Shown: positions 19,701 to 30,066, counted from the stretch's first letter. The stretch: DNA of 64,000 nucleotides from Polyangiales bacterium (GCA_044229975.1 JBGARZ010000011.1:96001-160000); one strand, 5' to 3'. Translations and numbers: made by a program. The notes: a model not told the origin generated them from the letters alone.

Positions 19701-20384
19701 ATGGGCGACGAGACGCGGGCGCACCCCGCACATTTCGATTGGACGCGACCGGCGCGAGCCACCGCCAACGACCCGCTGCGGGTGTTGTTCAGCGCGTGCC
19801 TGCTGGGTCACGCGACGGGCTGGGAGGGCGACGCGTACACCGCGCCGCTGGCCGTGCGCCTCGCGGGTCTGCCCACGGTGCGAGCGATCCACTTCTGCCC
19901 AGAAAACGCCACGCTCGGAACGCCCCGCCCCCTCACCACCCTCTACGACGGCCACGGTCGCGACGTGCTCGCGGGGCGCGGTCGCGTGCTGGAGACGACG
20001 GGCCGCGACGTCACGCGCGAGCTCGTTCGCGGGGCCGAGCTGATGCTGGAGGTGGCGCGGCGCGCGGGCGCCGAGCTCGCGGTGATGCTCGACGTGAGCG
20101 ACTCGTGCGGCAGCCACGTCGTGTACCTCGGCGCCCCCGACGAGCGGCGCTATCAGCGGGGCCCCGGGGTCGCGGCCGCGCTGTTGATGGACGCCGGGGT
20201 GCCGGTGCTCGCGCAGCGCGACGGGGCGACGATGCAGCGGCTCCTCGCGGCGCTCGACCCGAGCATCGTGCCGGACGCAGCGGCCGAAGACGTCGCGGAC
20301 AACGCGTGGTTTCGCGACTACTTCGCCGATGGTCCGGTGGGGGTTCCGCTCGCCGAGTACGAGCGCGCGAAGCGGGAGCGCTAG
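19701..20384 (+). CDS. DUF523 / 2-thiouracil desulfurase (TudS)-like protein
   Basis: SACLLG, FCPE, GTPR and SxSCG: three conserved Cys. Confidence 0.85.
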   Translation: MGDETRAHPAHFDWTRPARATANDPLRVLFSACLLGHATGWEGDAYTAPLAVRLAGLPTVRAIHFCPENATLGTPRPLTTLYDGHGRDVLAGRGRVLETTGRDVTRELVRGAELMLEVARRAGAELAVMLDVSDSCGSHVVYLGAPDERRYQRGPGVAAALLMDAGVPVLAQRDGATMQRLLAALDPSIVPDAAAEDVADNAWFRDYFADGPVGVPLAEYERAKRER

Positions 20385-20394
20385 GGGGGCACCG

Positions 20395-21387
20395 ATGGAG
20401 TACACGCTGCTTGGCAACACGGGCGTGCGGGTCTCGCGACTCGCGCTGGGCACCATGACCTTCGGGGGGCAGGCCGACGCCGCGGCGTCGCGCGCGCTCT
20501 TCGACCGGGCCCGCGCGGCGGGTGTCAACCACTTCGACACGGCCGACGTCTACAACGCGGGCACGAGCGAGACGCTGCTCGGGGCGATGGTGCGCGAGTG
20601 CCGCGACGAGGTCGTGCTCGCGAGCAAGAGCTACTTCCCCACCGGCGGCGATCGCAACGCGCGCGGCACGTCGCGCTATCACCTCGTACGCGCTTGCGAG
20701 GCGAGCCTGCGGCGGCTCGGCACCGACCGCATCGACCTCTACTACCTGCATCGCTTCGACGACGAGGCCGACCTCGAAGACACGCTCCGTGGTGTCGAGC
20801 TGCTGGTGCAGTCGGGGAAGATCCTCTATCCCGCGGTGAGCAACTTCGCGGCGTGGCAGACCATGAAGGCGCTCGGGGTGCAGCGGCAGCGGGGCTGGGC
20901 GCCCGTCGCGGCGATGCAGCCGATGTACAACCTCGCCAAGCGGCAGGCGGAGGTGGAGCTGCTACCGCTCGCACGGAGCGAAGGGCTCGCGGTGTTTCCG
21001 TACAGCCCCCTCGGCGGCGGATTGCTGAGCGGCAAGTACGGCGCGCACGACCGCCCCGCCGACGGGCGCATCGCGACGTGGGCGATGTACCAGGCGCGCT
21101 ACGGCGCGGAGGATCACTTCACCCTGGCCGAGCGCTTCCGCGCGCTGGCGGTGGAGCACGGGTGGCACCCGGCGGCGCTCGCGGTGGCGTGGGTGATGAG
21201 CCACCCGGGTGTGACGGCGCCCATCCTCGGCGCGACGCGGGTCGAACAGTTGGAGCCCGTGCTCGCGGCGGGCGAACGAGCGCTGCCCGAAGCGCTGCGC
21301 GCGGCGGTGGGCGCGCTGTGGCCGGAGCCTCCGCCCGCGACAGATCGCAACGAAGAGGGGAAGGTCCCGGGGCCGGGAGCGAGGTAG
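20395..21387 (+). CDS. Aldo/keto reductase
   Basis: LGTMTFG, FDTADVY, SLRRLGTDRIDLYYLH and YSPLGGGLLSGKY motifs. Confidence 0.95.
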   Translation: MEYTLLGNTGVRVSRLALGTMTFGGQADAAASRALFDRARAAGVNHFDTADVYNAGTSETLLGAMVRECRDEVVLASKSYFPTGGDRNARGTSRYHLVRACEASLRRLGTDRIDLYYLHRFDDEADLEDTLRGVELLVQSGKILYPAVSNFAAWQTMKALGVQRQRGWAPVAAMQPMYNLAKRQAEVELLPLARSEGLAVFPYSPLGGGLLSGKYGAHDRPADGRIATWAMYQARYGAEDHFTLAERFRALAVEHGWHPAALAVAWVMSHPGVTAPILGATRVEQLEPVLAAGERALPEALRAAVGALWPEPPPATDRNEEGKVPGPGAR

Positions 21388-21459
21388 CGACGTGCGGGCG
21401 ACGTCGGCGACGTCTCGGTGCTCGCCGCACTCCACGAGCTGACACCGTTGCGGCTCCCT

Positions 21460-23274
21460 CTACAGCGGCGAGGGCAGCGCGTGGCGGCCCCGCCACTGGT
21501 TGGCGAAGTTGACCACGCGACCGGTCGCGTCGAGATCGTAGACCGCGTCGGTGTCGGGGCCGCCGATGACGGGGGTCACCCCCAGCGCGCGACCGGCGTC
21601 GAGGCCGGCGGGCAGGTCGATGAGCTCCGACCACGACCGACCCGGCAGGCCCCACAGGGCGCTCCATCGCGCGGTCTCCTCGGGCAGGTCGATGAACCCG
21701 AGGACCCTCACCGGGTCGCCCGCCGAGGGGCGGAGCGCGAGGTAGAGGAGTTCCTTCCAGAGCGGGTACTGGAGGGCGCAGCTTCGTTCGAGGAGCAGCA
21801 GCTGCATCGACGCGAAGCGCGTCGGCGCGAAGGGCCACGGGTCGCCCACGCGCGGGGGCGTGGCGGCCGCGCGGCTCACCAGGTTGACGCTGGCTTCGCC
21901 GAGCGGGACGCCGAAGCCGTCGTTCATGGACGCGCTGAGCGGGAAGCGCGCGACCGCCCCCGCGGCGATGGTCGTGCCCGATCCGATGTACGGCGAGCGC
22001 CCCACGTTGCGGGCCGGGACCATCACGGGCGCGTCGGAGCTCACGAGGTACCCGCGCGCCGTGTCGAGCGTCGTCGCCCCACCGTCCGGGTCGATCTCGA
22101 ACTCCGTGAGGGTTCGCCAATCGAGCACGAGGGCCCGCCCGCCGCGCAGCGCCACGTCGAGGACGCCGTACTCGGCCGGGACGAAGCCGAAGGGGCGACC
22201 CTCGCCCGCCGCCAGGGCGTACGCGAACGCGCCCGTGGTCGAACCGACCAGCAGGGTCGCGTCGTCGAGGTCGACGCTCGTCGCCACCGCGGGCGGGTGC
22301 ACGCGCCACATGATGGCGTCCGAGGCGGGATCGAGCCGCGCCACGCCCGCCGAGCCGAGGGCCGCGTAGAACACCCCACCCCGCCAGCGGCCGCCGATCA
22401 GCGGGCCGTCGACCGCGACGCGACGCAGGAGGGTGGCGCCCTCGAAGAGCGACACCTCGCCGGTCGCGGCGTCCCAGGCGGCCACGCGCGTCGCCCCGTC
22501 GCCGACCGCCGTGCGAAACGAGCCGCGCGCGACGACCCGCCGGCGCGACGCGTCGGGCGCACCGTCCGCCCCGAAGGGGACGACTTCCAGCACGTTGTCG
22601 GCGGTGGCGATCCAGAGCCCGTCGGACTGCCGGGCGATGTCGAAGAGACCCCGGAGGGCGTCGGCCGTCGCCCGGAAGCGGGAGACCATCGCGCGGCGGG
22701 CGAGGTCGACGGACTCGACGACGGTGTCGCCGTGCGCGCCGCAGACGACCTGCGCGCCGTTGAGCGCGCCGACGGTGCAGCGCGGCGAGGCGAAGGTGAA
22801 GAGAACCTCGGCGCTGAAGCCTCGCCCGCTGTCGGTCACGAGCTGCACGTCGTTGCTGTCGAGCACCACGACGTCCGAATCGCGCACGAACAGCCGTGTC
22901 GCGTGGGGCGTACCCACGGCGGTGCTCGCCAGGGCCACGCCGCGGACGCGCCGCAGGCCGCGCCGCCCGCCGGGCATCGAGGGAGGTACGTCCGTCGGCG
23001 GGGTCGGACCGGGCGCGTCGAGGGCGGGCGCGTCGAGGGCGGGCGCGTCGAGGGCGGGCGCGTCGAGGGCGGGCGCGTCGGCGAGGCCTGCATCGATCGC
23101 GGGCGCGTCGACCGGGGCCGCATCTCGCGCGGCGTCGGACGAAGGCTCACGCATCGGCACATCGATCGAGGGGATCAGGACGCCGGGCCGATCACTTCCA
23201 GCAGAGTTGCAGGCCGCGAGGAGGGCCCACGCCGCCAGGGAGGGCGCGCGGTTCAGCGGTAGCGTACGTGGCAT
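21460..23274 (-). CDS. Hypothetical lipoprotein, probable beta-propeller plus C-terminal domain
   Basis: Lipobox LAAC, LDAPA repeat linker, beta-rich repeats. Confidence 0.7.
   Translation of the reverse strand: MPRTLPLNRAPSLAAWALLAACNSAGSDRPGVLIPSIDVPMREPSSDAARDAAPVDAPAIDAGLADAPALDAPALDAPALDAPALDAPGPTPPTDVPPSMPGGRRGLRRVRGVALASTAVGTPHATRLFVRDSDVVVLDSNDVQLVTDSGRGFSAEVLFTFASPRCTVGALNGAQVVCGAHGDTVVESVDLARRAMVSRFRATADALRGLFDIARQSDGLWIATADNVLEVVPFGADGAPDASRRRVVARGSFRTAVGDGATRVAAWDAATGEVSLFEGATLLRRVAVDGPLIGGRWRGGVFYAALGSAGVARLDPASDAIMWRVHPPAVATSVDLDDATLLVGSTTGAFAYALAAGEGRPFGFVPAEYGVLDVALRGGRALVLDWRTLTEFEIDPDGGATTLDTARGYLVSSDAPVMVPARNVGRSPYIGSGTTIAAGAVARFPLSASMNDGFGVPLGEASVNLVSRAAATPPRVGDPWPFAPTRFASMQLLLLERSCALQYPLWKELLYLALRPSAGDPVRVLGFIDLPEETARWSALWGLPGRSWSELIDLPAGLDAGRALGVTPVIGGPDTDAVYDLDATGRVVNFANQWRGRHALPSPL
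23011..23080 (-). repeat. 15-bp coding tandem repeat (LDAPA, ~4.7 copies)
   Basis: gggcgcgtcgagggc repeated on the + strand. Confidence 0.9.
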
Positions 23275-23626
23275 TGGGGGGCCTTCACGCATTGACGGAG
23301 GGCCTCGGCGTTGTCCAGACGGCGTCGACTCCGCACGACCCCTGGATCAACCGTCGAGCGCACGGACGTCGCTCGCCTCGCGCGGGAATTGGGTGCGGGA
23401 CGACCTCGATCGCGGGAGACCGCTTCGCCAGGGGAAGACGGCGCTGTGCTTGTCGACTGCGACCATTGGTGTCCTCCGTGGCGAGGTCGAGCCCTTCAAG
23501 GGCGCGTCCGACATCACCGCGATGGTACCTCCGCGATGACCCGAGAAGCGCCATCGACGAAGCCGCCATTGCGCTTCATGGTGGGCGCGCGACCGTCCCC
23601 CTGTACCCGCCGGAGTGAAAGACCCA

Positions 23627-24238
23627 ATGACGACCATCGACCTCTACACCTGGGGAACCCCCAATGGCCTCAAGCCCCTCATCCTGCTGGAAGAGCTCGG
23701 CATCCCGTACACGCTGAAGCCCATCAACCTCGGGAAGGGCGACCAGCACGAGCCGGCGTTCAGGGCGATCAACCCCAACGGGAAGATCCCCGCGATGGTC
23801 GACGGCGAGGCGGGGGTGACCATCTTCGAGTCGGGCGCCGTGCTGCAATACCTCGCCGAGAAGTACGGGCGCTTCCTGCCCGTTACGACGGCCGATCGGC
23901 TCCAGGTGATGAGCTGGCTGTTCTTCCAGGTGGGCGGCGTGGGGCCGATGTTCGGGCAGGCCAACCACTTCATCACGCGCGACGATTCGCCCTACGCGAA
24001 GAAGCGCTACCTCGACGAGGTCGAGCGCCTGTACGCGGTGCTCGACAAGCGGCTGGGGGAGGCTCCGTACCTGGCGGGGAGCGAGTACAGCATCGCCGAC
24101 ATCGCGACGTGGCCGTGGGTGCGAGACCCGAAGCGCCTCGGGCTGTCGCTCGACCAGTGGCCCCACGTAGCGGCGTGGGCCGCGCGCATCGCCGAGCGCC
24201 CGGCGGTGCAGCGAACGCTCGCGATCAAGTTCGGGTGA
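23627..24238 (+). CDS. Glutathione S-transferase, YfcG/Nu-like
   Basis: TPNG, INPNGKIPA, FESGAVLQYLAEK, GPMFGQ and YSIADIA motifs. Confidence 0.94.
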   Translation: MTTIDLYTWGTPNGLKPLILLEELGIPYTLKPINLGKGDQHEPAFRAINPNGKIPAMVDGEAGVTIFESGAVLQYLAEKYGRFLPVTTADRLQVMSWLFFQVGGVGPMFGQANHFITRDDSPYAKKRYLDEVERLYAVLDKRLGEAPYLAGSEYSIADIATWPWVRDPKRLGLSLDQWPHVAAWAARIAERPAVQRTLAIKFG

Positions 24239-24312
24239 CGGGCCCTCCGCAGGAGACGCTCACGCCGCGTGCGGGTCGCCCGACGAAGCGACGGTTCACG
24301 GGGTCGTTGGTC

Positions 24313-24699
24313 CTACCAGACGATGTCGACGCCGAACGCGCGCAGCGCCGGGTCGACGCTGACGATGGGCATCGGTTCGAGCCGGGCCTGCGCGGCGAGC
24401 ATGCGGTCGAAGGGGTCGCGGTGATCGCTCGCGAAGGAGCCCGCGAGCTCGGCGTGGGCAGCGCTGATGGAGAGCAGCTCGAACCCGCTGCGCTGGAGAT
24501 GACCCGGGAGGTCATCCATCAGGGCCGCCACGCCCGGGAGCTTTCCGAGCCGGTATTTCGTCGCGATCTCCCAGACCGATGCGGCGCTCACGAAGAGGGC
24601 GTTGGCGCGGCTCTGCATGGCCCTCTTCGCGGGTCGCGAGAGCTGCTTGTCGTCCGCCAGCCACCACAACACCGCGTGGGTGTCGACCAGCAGCCTCAT
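24313..24699 (-). CDS. vapC: VapC PIN-domain toxin
   Basis: LLVDTH, SAASVWEIATK and HRDPFDRML motifs. Confidence 0.93.
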   Translation of the reverse strand: MRLLVDTHAVLWWLADDKQLSRPAKRAMQSRANALFVSAASVWEIATKYRLGKLPGVAALMDDLPGHLQRSGFELLSISAAHAELAGSFASDHRDPFDRMLAAQARLEPMPIVSVDPALRAFGVDIVW

Positions 24700-24923
24700 C
24701 GCTCCCACGCGTCGAGCTCGTCGTCAGGCAGCGGCTCGAAAAACGCCGCGTCGACCGTGACCTTCCCTGCATAGGCCCCGGGCCTGCGCGGCCCCTCGTA
24801 GATCGGAACCAGGCGCACGGCCGGCTTGCCCGCGCGTGCGATGACCACCTCCTCGCCCGCCAGCGCCGCCTCGATGAGACGCGAGAGCTGGGTCTTGGCG
24901 GCACCGACGTTGACGATGCTCAT
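24696..24923 (-). CDS. Phd/YefM family antitoxin
   Basis: AKTQLSRLIE...GEEVVIARAGKPAVRLVP; ATGA overlap with vapC. Confidence 0.92.
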   Translation of the reverse strand: MSIVNVGAAKTQLSRLIEAALAGEEVVIARAGKPAVRLVPIYEGPRRPGAYAGKVTVDAAFFEPLPDDELDAWER

Positions 24924-24964
24924 CAGCCTCTCCCGCGCGAGAAAACCACTGCCCGAAGCTGCCC

Positions 24965-24983
24965 TGGCCAACCTCCTTGGTCA
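24965..24983. promoter_or_regulatory. Putative TA autoregulatory operator
   Basis: TGGCCAA-N5-TTGGTCA imperfect palindrome ~40 bp upstream of the antitoxin start. Confidence 0.45.
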
Positions 24984-25046
24984 AGGCTCCGATTTGCCTC
25001 CTCGTCGCGCTCGCCGCGTCGAGCTCGCGGTCGTACGGTCATCGCC

Positions 25047-26108
25047 GTGGACCCGACCAACTCCGCTCCGCGCTTCGTCCGCTTCGTCGACCCCGTCGAG
25101 GGGTCGTTCTCCATCGTGCACCCCGAAGGGTGGCGCGCCTCCGGGGGCATCGTCCGCGACGGGTCGGTTCCGCGCCCGTGGTACCGCGTGCAGAGCCCCG
25201 CGGGCAGCGCCGAGCTCCGCGGATCAGACCCGCGCATCCCCTCCTTCGTCGACCCCTCGACGAGCATGATGGGGATGATGGGAATGCCCATGCCGGGCGT
25301 CGCGCTGCGCCCGTACACGCCGCCAGCGTTCTTCGCGGCGGAGTACGCCCGCCACCTTGCGCGCGAGCTCGGCGCGACCAGCTTCCAGCCAACCGGGCAC
25401 CGCGACGTCGAGACCATGCTGCGCGGAGACCCGCGCCCCGAGTCGCGGCCCAGGGTGTACACGATGCTCCAGCAGGGTGCCGAGTTCGCGGGCGTCACCT
25501 TCGACCTCCCCGACGTCGATCGGCGCGGCCTCGTCGACGTGCTCACGCTGCGTATGCCGGGGCCGATGGGGCTGACGTGGGTTCCGTTTGTGACGGCGCT
25601 CGTCGGGCCCGCGCGCGAGTGGGGGCACGTGGAGGCGACGCTGCTCGCCATCTGCCGCTCGTATGTGACCAACCCGGCGTGGCAGCAGATGCAAAACGCC
25701 CAGCACCAGATGGTCATGGACAGCATCGAGACGGGCAATCGCATCCTGCAGATGCAGGCGCAGAGCGGCATGGAGGCCATCGCGGCGCACGCCCAGCGCG
25801 CCAGCATCAGCGCGCAGACCAACCAGCAGGTCGGCGACATGAACATGGACGCGTGGCGCGCGCAGCAGGCGTCGGGCGACGAGGTGCACCGGCGGGCCGT
25901 CAACGGCGTGCGCGAGACGGTGGACGTCTACGACCCGGCGTCGGGCAACGTGTACCGCGGCGCCCCGGCGGGCTTCGCGACGTGGTGGACCGACGGGGCC
26001 GACCGGGTCGTCGGGTCGACGGGCAACGACAACCCCGACCCGACGCGCTTCACGCAGGCGGTCGACCTCGACGACGTACCGCGCGAGGGACGTCCGCGGC
26101 GGGGGTGA
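25047..26108 (+). CDS. Hypothetical protein with Gln/Met-rich C-terminal helix
   Basis: Long ORF with GC3-rich codon usage; no family recognised. Confidence 0.75.
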   Translation: MDPTNSAPRFVRFVDPVEGSFSIVHPEGWRASGGIVRDGSVPRPWYRVQSPAGSAELRGSDPRIPSFVDPSTSMMGMMGMPMPGVALRPYTPPAFFAAEYARHLARELGATSFQPTGHRDVETMLRGDPRPESRPRVYTMLQQGAEFAGVTFDLPDVDRRGLVDVLTLRMPGPMGLTWVPFVTALVGPAREWGHVEATLLAICRSYVTNPAWQQMQNAQHQMVMDSIETGNRILQMQAQSGMEAIAAHAQRASISAQTNQQVGDMNMDAWRAQQASGDEVHRRAVNGVRETVDVYDPASGNVYRGAPAGFATWWTDGADRVVGSTGNDNPDPTRFTQAVDLDDVPREGRPRRG

Positions 26109-26136
26109 ACGGGGAACCAGCCCTCCGCCATCCGAG

Positions 26137-26544
26137 CGATGCAAGCGTTGGCGAGCTGGGATTCGGAGTAGGGGTTGGCGTGGGACGGAGCGCCCACTGC
26201 GCGGTTGCGGACGGCCCGCACGCGGGCCTGCAACCGCTGAAGTGGGAGCCTGGAGATGGGCGTCCCGCCTGCGCGGGACTTCCTGTCGGAGCGCCGAGCG
26301 CTCTGCGCTCGACGAGTGGATATAGGAACTCACCGAACGGCTCGGGAGCAGACTCCTTCACCCTCTCGACGGTCGCGCGAGCGACCGGCGCGCATGCAGG
26401 AAGTCCCGCGGCGGCGGGACGCCCAGCTCCAGGCTCCCACTTCAGCGGTTGCAGGCCCGCGTGCGGGCCGTCCGCAACCGCGCAGTGGGCGCTCTCCGTC
26501 CCACGACAACGCCTACTCCGAACCTCAGTTGGCGAGTCGCTCGC
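26137..26544. repeat. Long inverted repeat / REPIN-like hairpin element
   Basis: Arms 26162-26285 and 26397-26522 are near-perfect reverse complements, each with an internal hairpin. Confidence 0.9.
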
Positions 26545-26581
26545 TTGACACCCACGGTGCGCCCCGACTCGTATCCGACGC

Positions 26582-28483
26582 ATGTCCGATCCTCCGCCTC
26601 GCGTTCCCCTCGCGCTCGTGTGGTCCACCGATCCGCTCCCGGAGGCGCTCGATCGCGAGGCTCTCCTCGACGGGATGCGCAGCGCGCTCGCGCAGACGGA
26701 GCGCTTCGACCTGCTCCCCGATCCGCTGGCCGACGGCGCGACGATGCTCATCGAGCTCTCCCCGGCGCCCTATCCGCCGGACGCGTGGCGCCTCCAGTTG
26801 TCGCTCCGGGACGCGACCGGAACCACCCTGGAGCACTACTCGATGGCCGCCGACGTCGACCTCCTGCCCGGCGTCGCAAGCGACGTCGCCCTCCAGTTCG
26901 CCGAACCGGCGCGCTACACCGAGCTGCGGCGCGCCCGCGGTGACGTCGGCAACCTCGACCACCCTTCGGTACGCGCGTTCGACCCCATCGACGCTTCCAC
27001 CCTCGCGCTCGCGGCCGTGCTCAACGACCCGCCCGCCGGGCTGCGCGCCCGCGCCGAGCAGTTCTTGTCGATCGGCGAGCGAACGGGCGACGCCAACCAC
27101 TTCCTCCACGCCGCCGACCTCCACGAGCTCGACGGGGACTTCGCGGCAGCCCGCGCGGCCCTCGGCCGCCTCGAACAACGCGCCACGCCCGACGCCGTGC
27201 AGGCTGCCACCTGGCGCGCCAACGGACTCGCCGCGCATGAACACCTCGGCCGCGAACTGGTCGCCATGCTGCTCTGGGTGGGTCGAGCGCTCGGCGGGGC
27301 TGCGCGTGGCGGCGGGTTCGCGGCGCCGCTCCCGCCCGACGACATCATCGATGCGGTGTCGGTCGCGCTCAACACGCACGACTGCGATTTCGTGATGCAA
27401 CGCGTCGGCACGAAGGTACATCCGCACGATCTCTTCGGCCGCTACCTGGGCGCGGTCTGTGTGACTGCGGTGGAGCGTGGCCCGGAACAACGTTCCGAGG
27501 CCGAAGAAGACGCCCTCTTCGCGACCCCGTGGATGCGGACCCTCGCGCCGTCTGGCGGCTCGCCCGCCATGGTGACGCCCTTCGCGACGGTGCTGGAGCC
27601 CGCATGGTCCCTGGTGCGCTGGGACCTGTGGCAGCGCCTCGCGTCGACCCGGGTGGAGGACCTCGACGCCCTGGTCGCAGCCCACCCCGACTTTCAGGAG
27701 GCTCAGGCGCGGCGAGCCGTTCTCACCATCGCGCGCGGCGTCGAGGCGGTCGTCGCGGTCGTCGACCCGGCGCTCCCCCGCGTCACGGAACCTCTCCTTC
27801 GCGCGACGCTGCTCTGCGCCCGCGGGGCTGCCCGCACGGACGCGGGTCAACCCGGCGATGGGCTCGTCGACCTCGACGCAGCGCTCGCGCTCGCGCCCCG
27901 ATCGCTCATGGTGCTCCGCTGCCGCGCACTCACCCTGAACGCCCTGCTGCGCATCGACGAGGCGCTGGCGATGATCGAGCGCACCGCGGTGATCAACCCC
28001 GCGAAGCCCGACACGCACGGACTCCGCGGGGGGTTCCTCGTGACGGCGAAACGCCACGCCGAGGCGCTCCCCCACCTCGAATTGGCGCTCCAGCACACGC
28101 CCTCCGACGCCAACGTGTGGGGCAACCACGGGATCTCTCTGCGGGGCCTGAACCGCCTGGACGAAGCCGAAAAATCCCTCCGCCGCGCCATCACGATGGC
28201 CCCCGGGCTGGTGCCGGCGCGCTTCCATCTCGGCATGCTGCTCGCGGACGTCGGCCGCCCCTCGGAGGCCCGCGCCGAGCTCGGTTGGATCGTCGCGAAC
28301 TGCCCGCCCGGATCGAGCATCGCGCGCGACGCGAAGGCGCGGCTCGATGGACTCGGCGCGGGGTCGACAGCGCTCGCCCCGTCGAAGTCGCTGACGTCTG
28401 GTCTCAGTCCGGGGCTCCTCCTCTTCGGGTTGATGGCGCTGCTGGCGGTGATCCGATTCGCGTGCGCCGCGCCCCATGGTTGA
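26582..28483 (+). CDS. Tetratricopeptide repeat protein with C-terminal TM helix
   Basis: TPR consensus (EALPHLELAL, WGNHG, EAEKSLRRAI, ARFHLG); hydrophobic C-terminus. Confidence 0.82.
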   Translation: MSDPPPRVPLALVWSTDPLPEALDREALLDGMRSALAQTERFDLLPDPLADGATMLIELSPAPYPPDAWRLQLSLRDATGTTLEHYSMAADVDLLPGVASDVALQFAEPARYTELRRARGDVGNLDHPSVRAFDPIDASTLALAAVLNDPPAGLRARAEQFLSIGERTGDANHFLHAADLHELDGDFAAARAALGRLEQRATPDAVQAATWRANGLAAHEHLGRELVAMLLWVGRALGGAARGGGFAAPLPPDDIIDAVSVALNTHDCDFVMQRVGTKVHPHDLFGRYLGAVCVTAVERGPEQRSEAEEDALFATPWMRTLAPSGGSPAMVTPFATVLEPAWSLVRWDLWQRLASTRVEDLDALVAAHPDFQEAQARRAVLTIARGVEAVVAVVDPALPRVTEPLLRATLLCARGAARTDAGQPGDGLVDLDAALALAPRSLMVLRCRALTLNALLRIDEALAMIERTAVINPAKPDTHGLRGGFLVTAKRHAEALPHLELALQHTPSDANVWGNHGISLRGLNRLDEAEKSLRRAITMAPGLVPARFHLGMLLADVGRPSEARAELGWIVANCPPGSSIARDAKARLDGLGAGSTALAPSKSLTSGLSPGLLLFGLMALLAVIRFACAAPHG

Positions 28484-28524
28484 CCCGTCTCGCTCCCGCC
28501 GCTGACACTCCCGCCTACCCCACC

Positions 28525-30066
28525 GTGAGCCCCATCGGCGAGTACACCCCGACCGACCGCGCGCTCGAACGCGCCCTGCTCTTCAACTTCGTCATCCACG
28601 CCCTCGCCATGCTCTCCATGGCGGCCCTCCTCCTCCCGGTGCTCCCCGGCGGAACCGCCACCTCCGACCTCGCCCGCATCGCCACCATCGCCGAGCACCC
28701 CTGGCGCTTCCGCCTCGGCTGGCTCCCGTGGCAGCTCTGCGCCGTCGCCGACCTCGCGCTCGCCGTCGCCCTCGTCCGCGCCCGCTGGGTGCCGCGCGCC
28801 GCGGCCGTCGCCACGCTCGCGCTCACCGTCGTCGCGGTCATCCCCGACCAGCTCTCGCAGTGCCTGTGGGTCACCCGCGGCGTCGCGCTCGCCCGCGCCG
28901 ACGTCGCGCAGTACCTCGCCTTCGAGCGCTGGGCCTTTCCCCTCACCGCCGGTTGGGGCGCCCTCTTCTACACCCTCGCCGCCCTCGGCTGGACCTGGTG
29001 CTTCGCCCGCGGCGGCGCCTGGTCGCGCGCCCTCACATGGCTGTCGGTTCTGCTGTGGTCGACCATGGCCGTGGCCGTCTCCGCGGCGCTGCTCCCGCCG
29101 TCACTGCGACCGCCGCCCGCCTTCGTCTCCGCGGCCAACGCCGTCGGCTTCACGCTGCTCCAGGTGTGGCTCGGCCTCGTCACCGAGCGTGTGCTCCGTC
29201 GCCACCGACCGACCGAGACCCACGGCCGCCTCGCGCCGTGGCGCCACCCGTCGCGCAACCCCATCGCGCGCGCCGCGGACGCCCTCGCCAACAGCCGCCT
29301 CTTCGGCGCCCTCCTCGAACCTCTCCCCGAAGTCGAGATGCGCAGCGACATCACCGACGTCGTCTACGTGAACTACCTCCTCCCGGTCGATCGCGTGGCG
29401 CACCTCGTTCCGCCCGGTCTCGAGCTCCAGCGCCTCGGCCCCAACGGCGCGTACGCGCTCTTCACCTTCCTCACGTACCAGCACGGTCACTTCGGCTTCG
29501 GCGCGCTCGGGCCGCTGCGTCGACTGCTCCCCTCACCCGTCCAGACCAACTGGCGCATCCACGTCGTCGACCCGCGAACCCAACGCCGCGGCATCTACTT
29601 CGTCACCAACGCCGTCACCAGCACGCCCATCGCGCTCGGCGCGCGGATGCTCACCGAGGCGATGCCCATGCACGTCCTCGCACACGCTGGCGTCACCCGC
29701 GACGCCGACGGCGCCATGCGGGTCTCGCTCGTCCCCGGCGAAGGCAGCGGCCCCGACTGCGAGGCCACGCTGCGCCCCTCGACGACGCCCTCCCTCGAAG
29801 GCGCGTGGCGCGAGTGCTGGGACGACTACCGGGCGTTTCTGGCGTACTGCGTCCCGCAAGATCGGGCCATGTCGAGCCAGCCGCTGCGGCGCCGGGTGTC
29901 GCGGCAGGAGATCGACCTCGGCATTCCCCTCGACGCGTGCGAGCCGATGGTCGGCGCGGTGGTCTCCCGCGCCGCGCGCGCCATCGCGGGTGAGGCCGAG
30001 CCGCTGTGCTTCCGGGTGCCATCGGTGCGCTTCAGCTTCGCGGTCGAGGCCCACGACCCGCGGTAG
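28525..30066 (+). CDS. Membrane protein fused to a DUF2071/YqjF-like domain
   Basis: ~6 N-terminal TM helices, then DVVYVNY, PPGLEL, QTNWRIHV and RGIYF. Confidence 0.75.
   Translation: MSPIGEYTPTDRALERALLFNFVIHALAMLSMAALLLPVLPGGTATSDLARIATIAEHPWRFRLGWLPWQLCAVADLALAVALVRARWVPRAAAVATLALTVVAVIPDQLSQCLWVTRGVALARADVAQYLAFERWAFPLTAGWGALFYTLAALGWTWCFARGGAWSRALTWLSVLLWSTMAVAVSAALLPPSLRPPPAFVSAANAVGFTLLQVWLGLVTERVLRRHRPTETHGRLAPWRHPSRNPIARAADALANSRLFGALLEPLPEVEMRSDITDVVYVNYLLPVDRVAHLVPPGLELQRLGPNGAYALFTFLTYQHGHFGFGALGPLRRLLPSPVQTNWRIHVVDPRTQRRGIYFVTNAVTSTPIALGARMLTEAMPMHVLAHAGVTRDADGAMRVSLVPGEGSGPDCEATLRPSTTPSLEGAWRECWDDYRAFLAYCVPQDRAMSSQPLRRRVSRQEIDLGIPLDACEPMVGAVVSRAARAIAGEAEPLCFRVPSVRFSFAVEAHDPR

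Noticed and set aside
23290..23620. Possible gene remnant in the long divergent intergenic region (GEDGAVLVDC peptide)
   Set aside because: Similarity too short to assign
26050..26751. ORFs spanning the long inverted repeat
   Set aside because: They translate the same peptide from both arms and are artefacts of the palindrome
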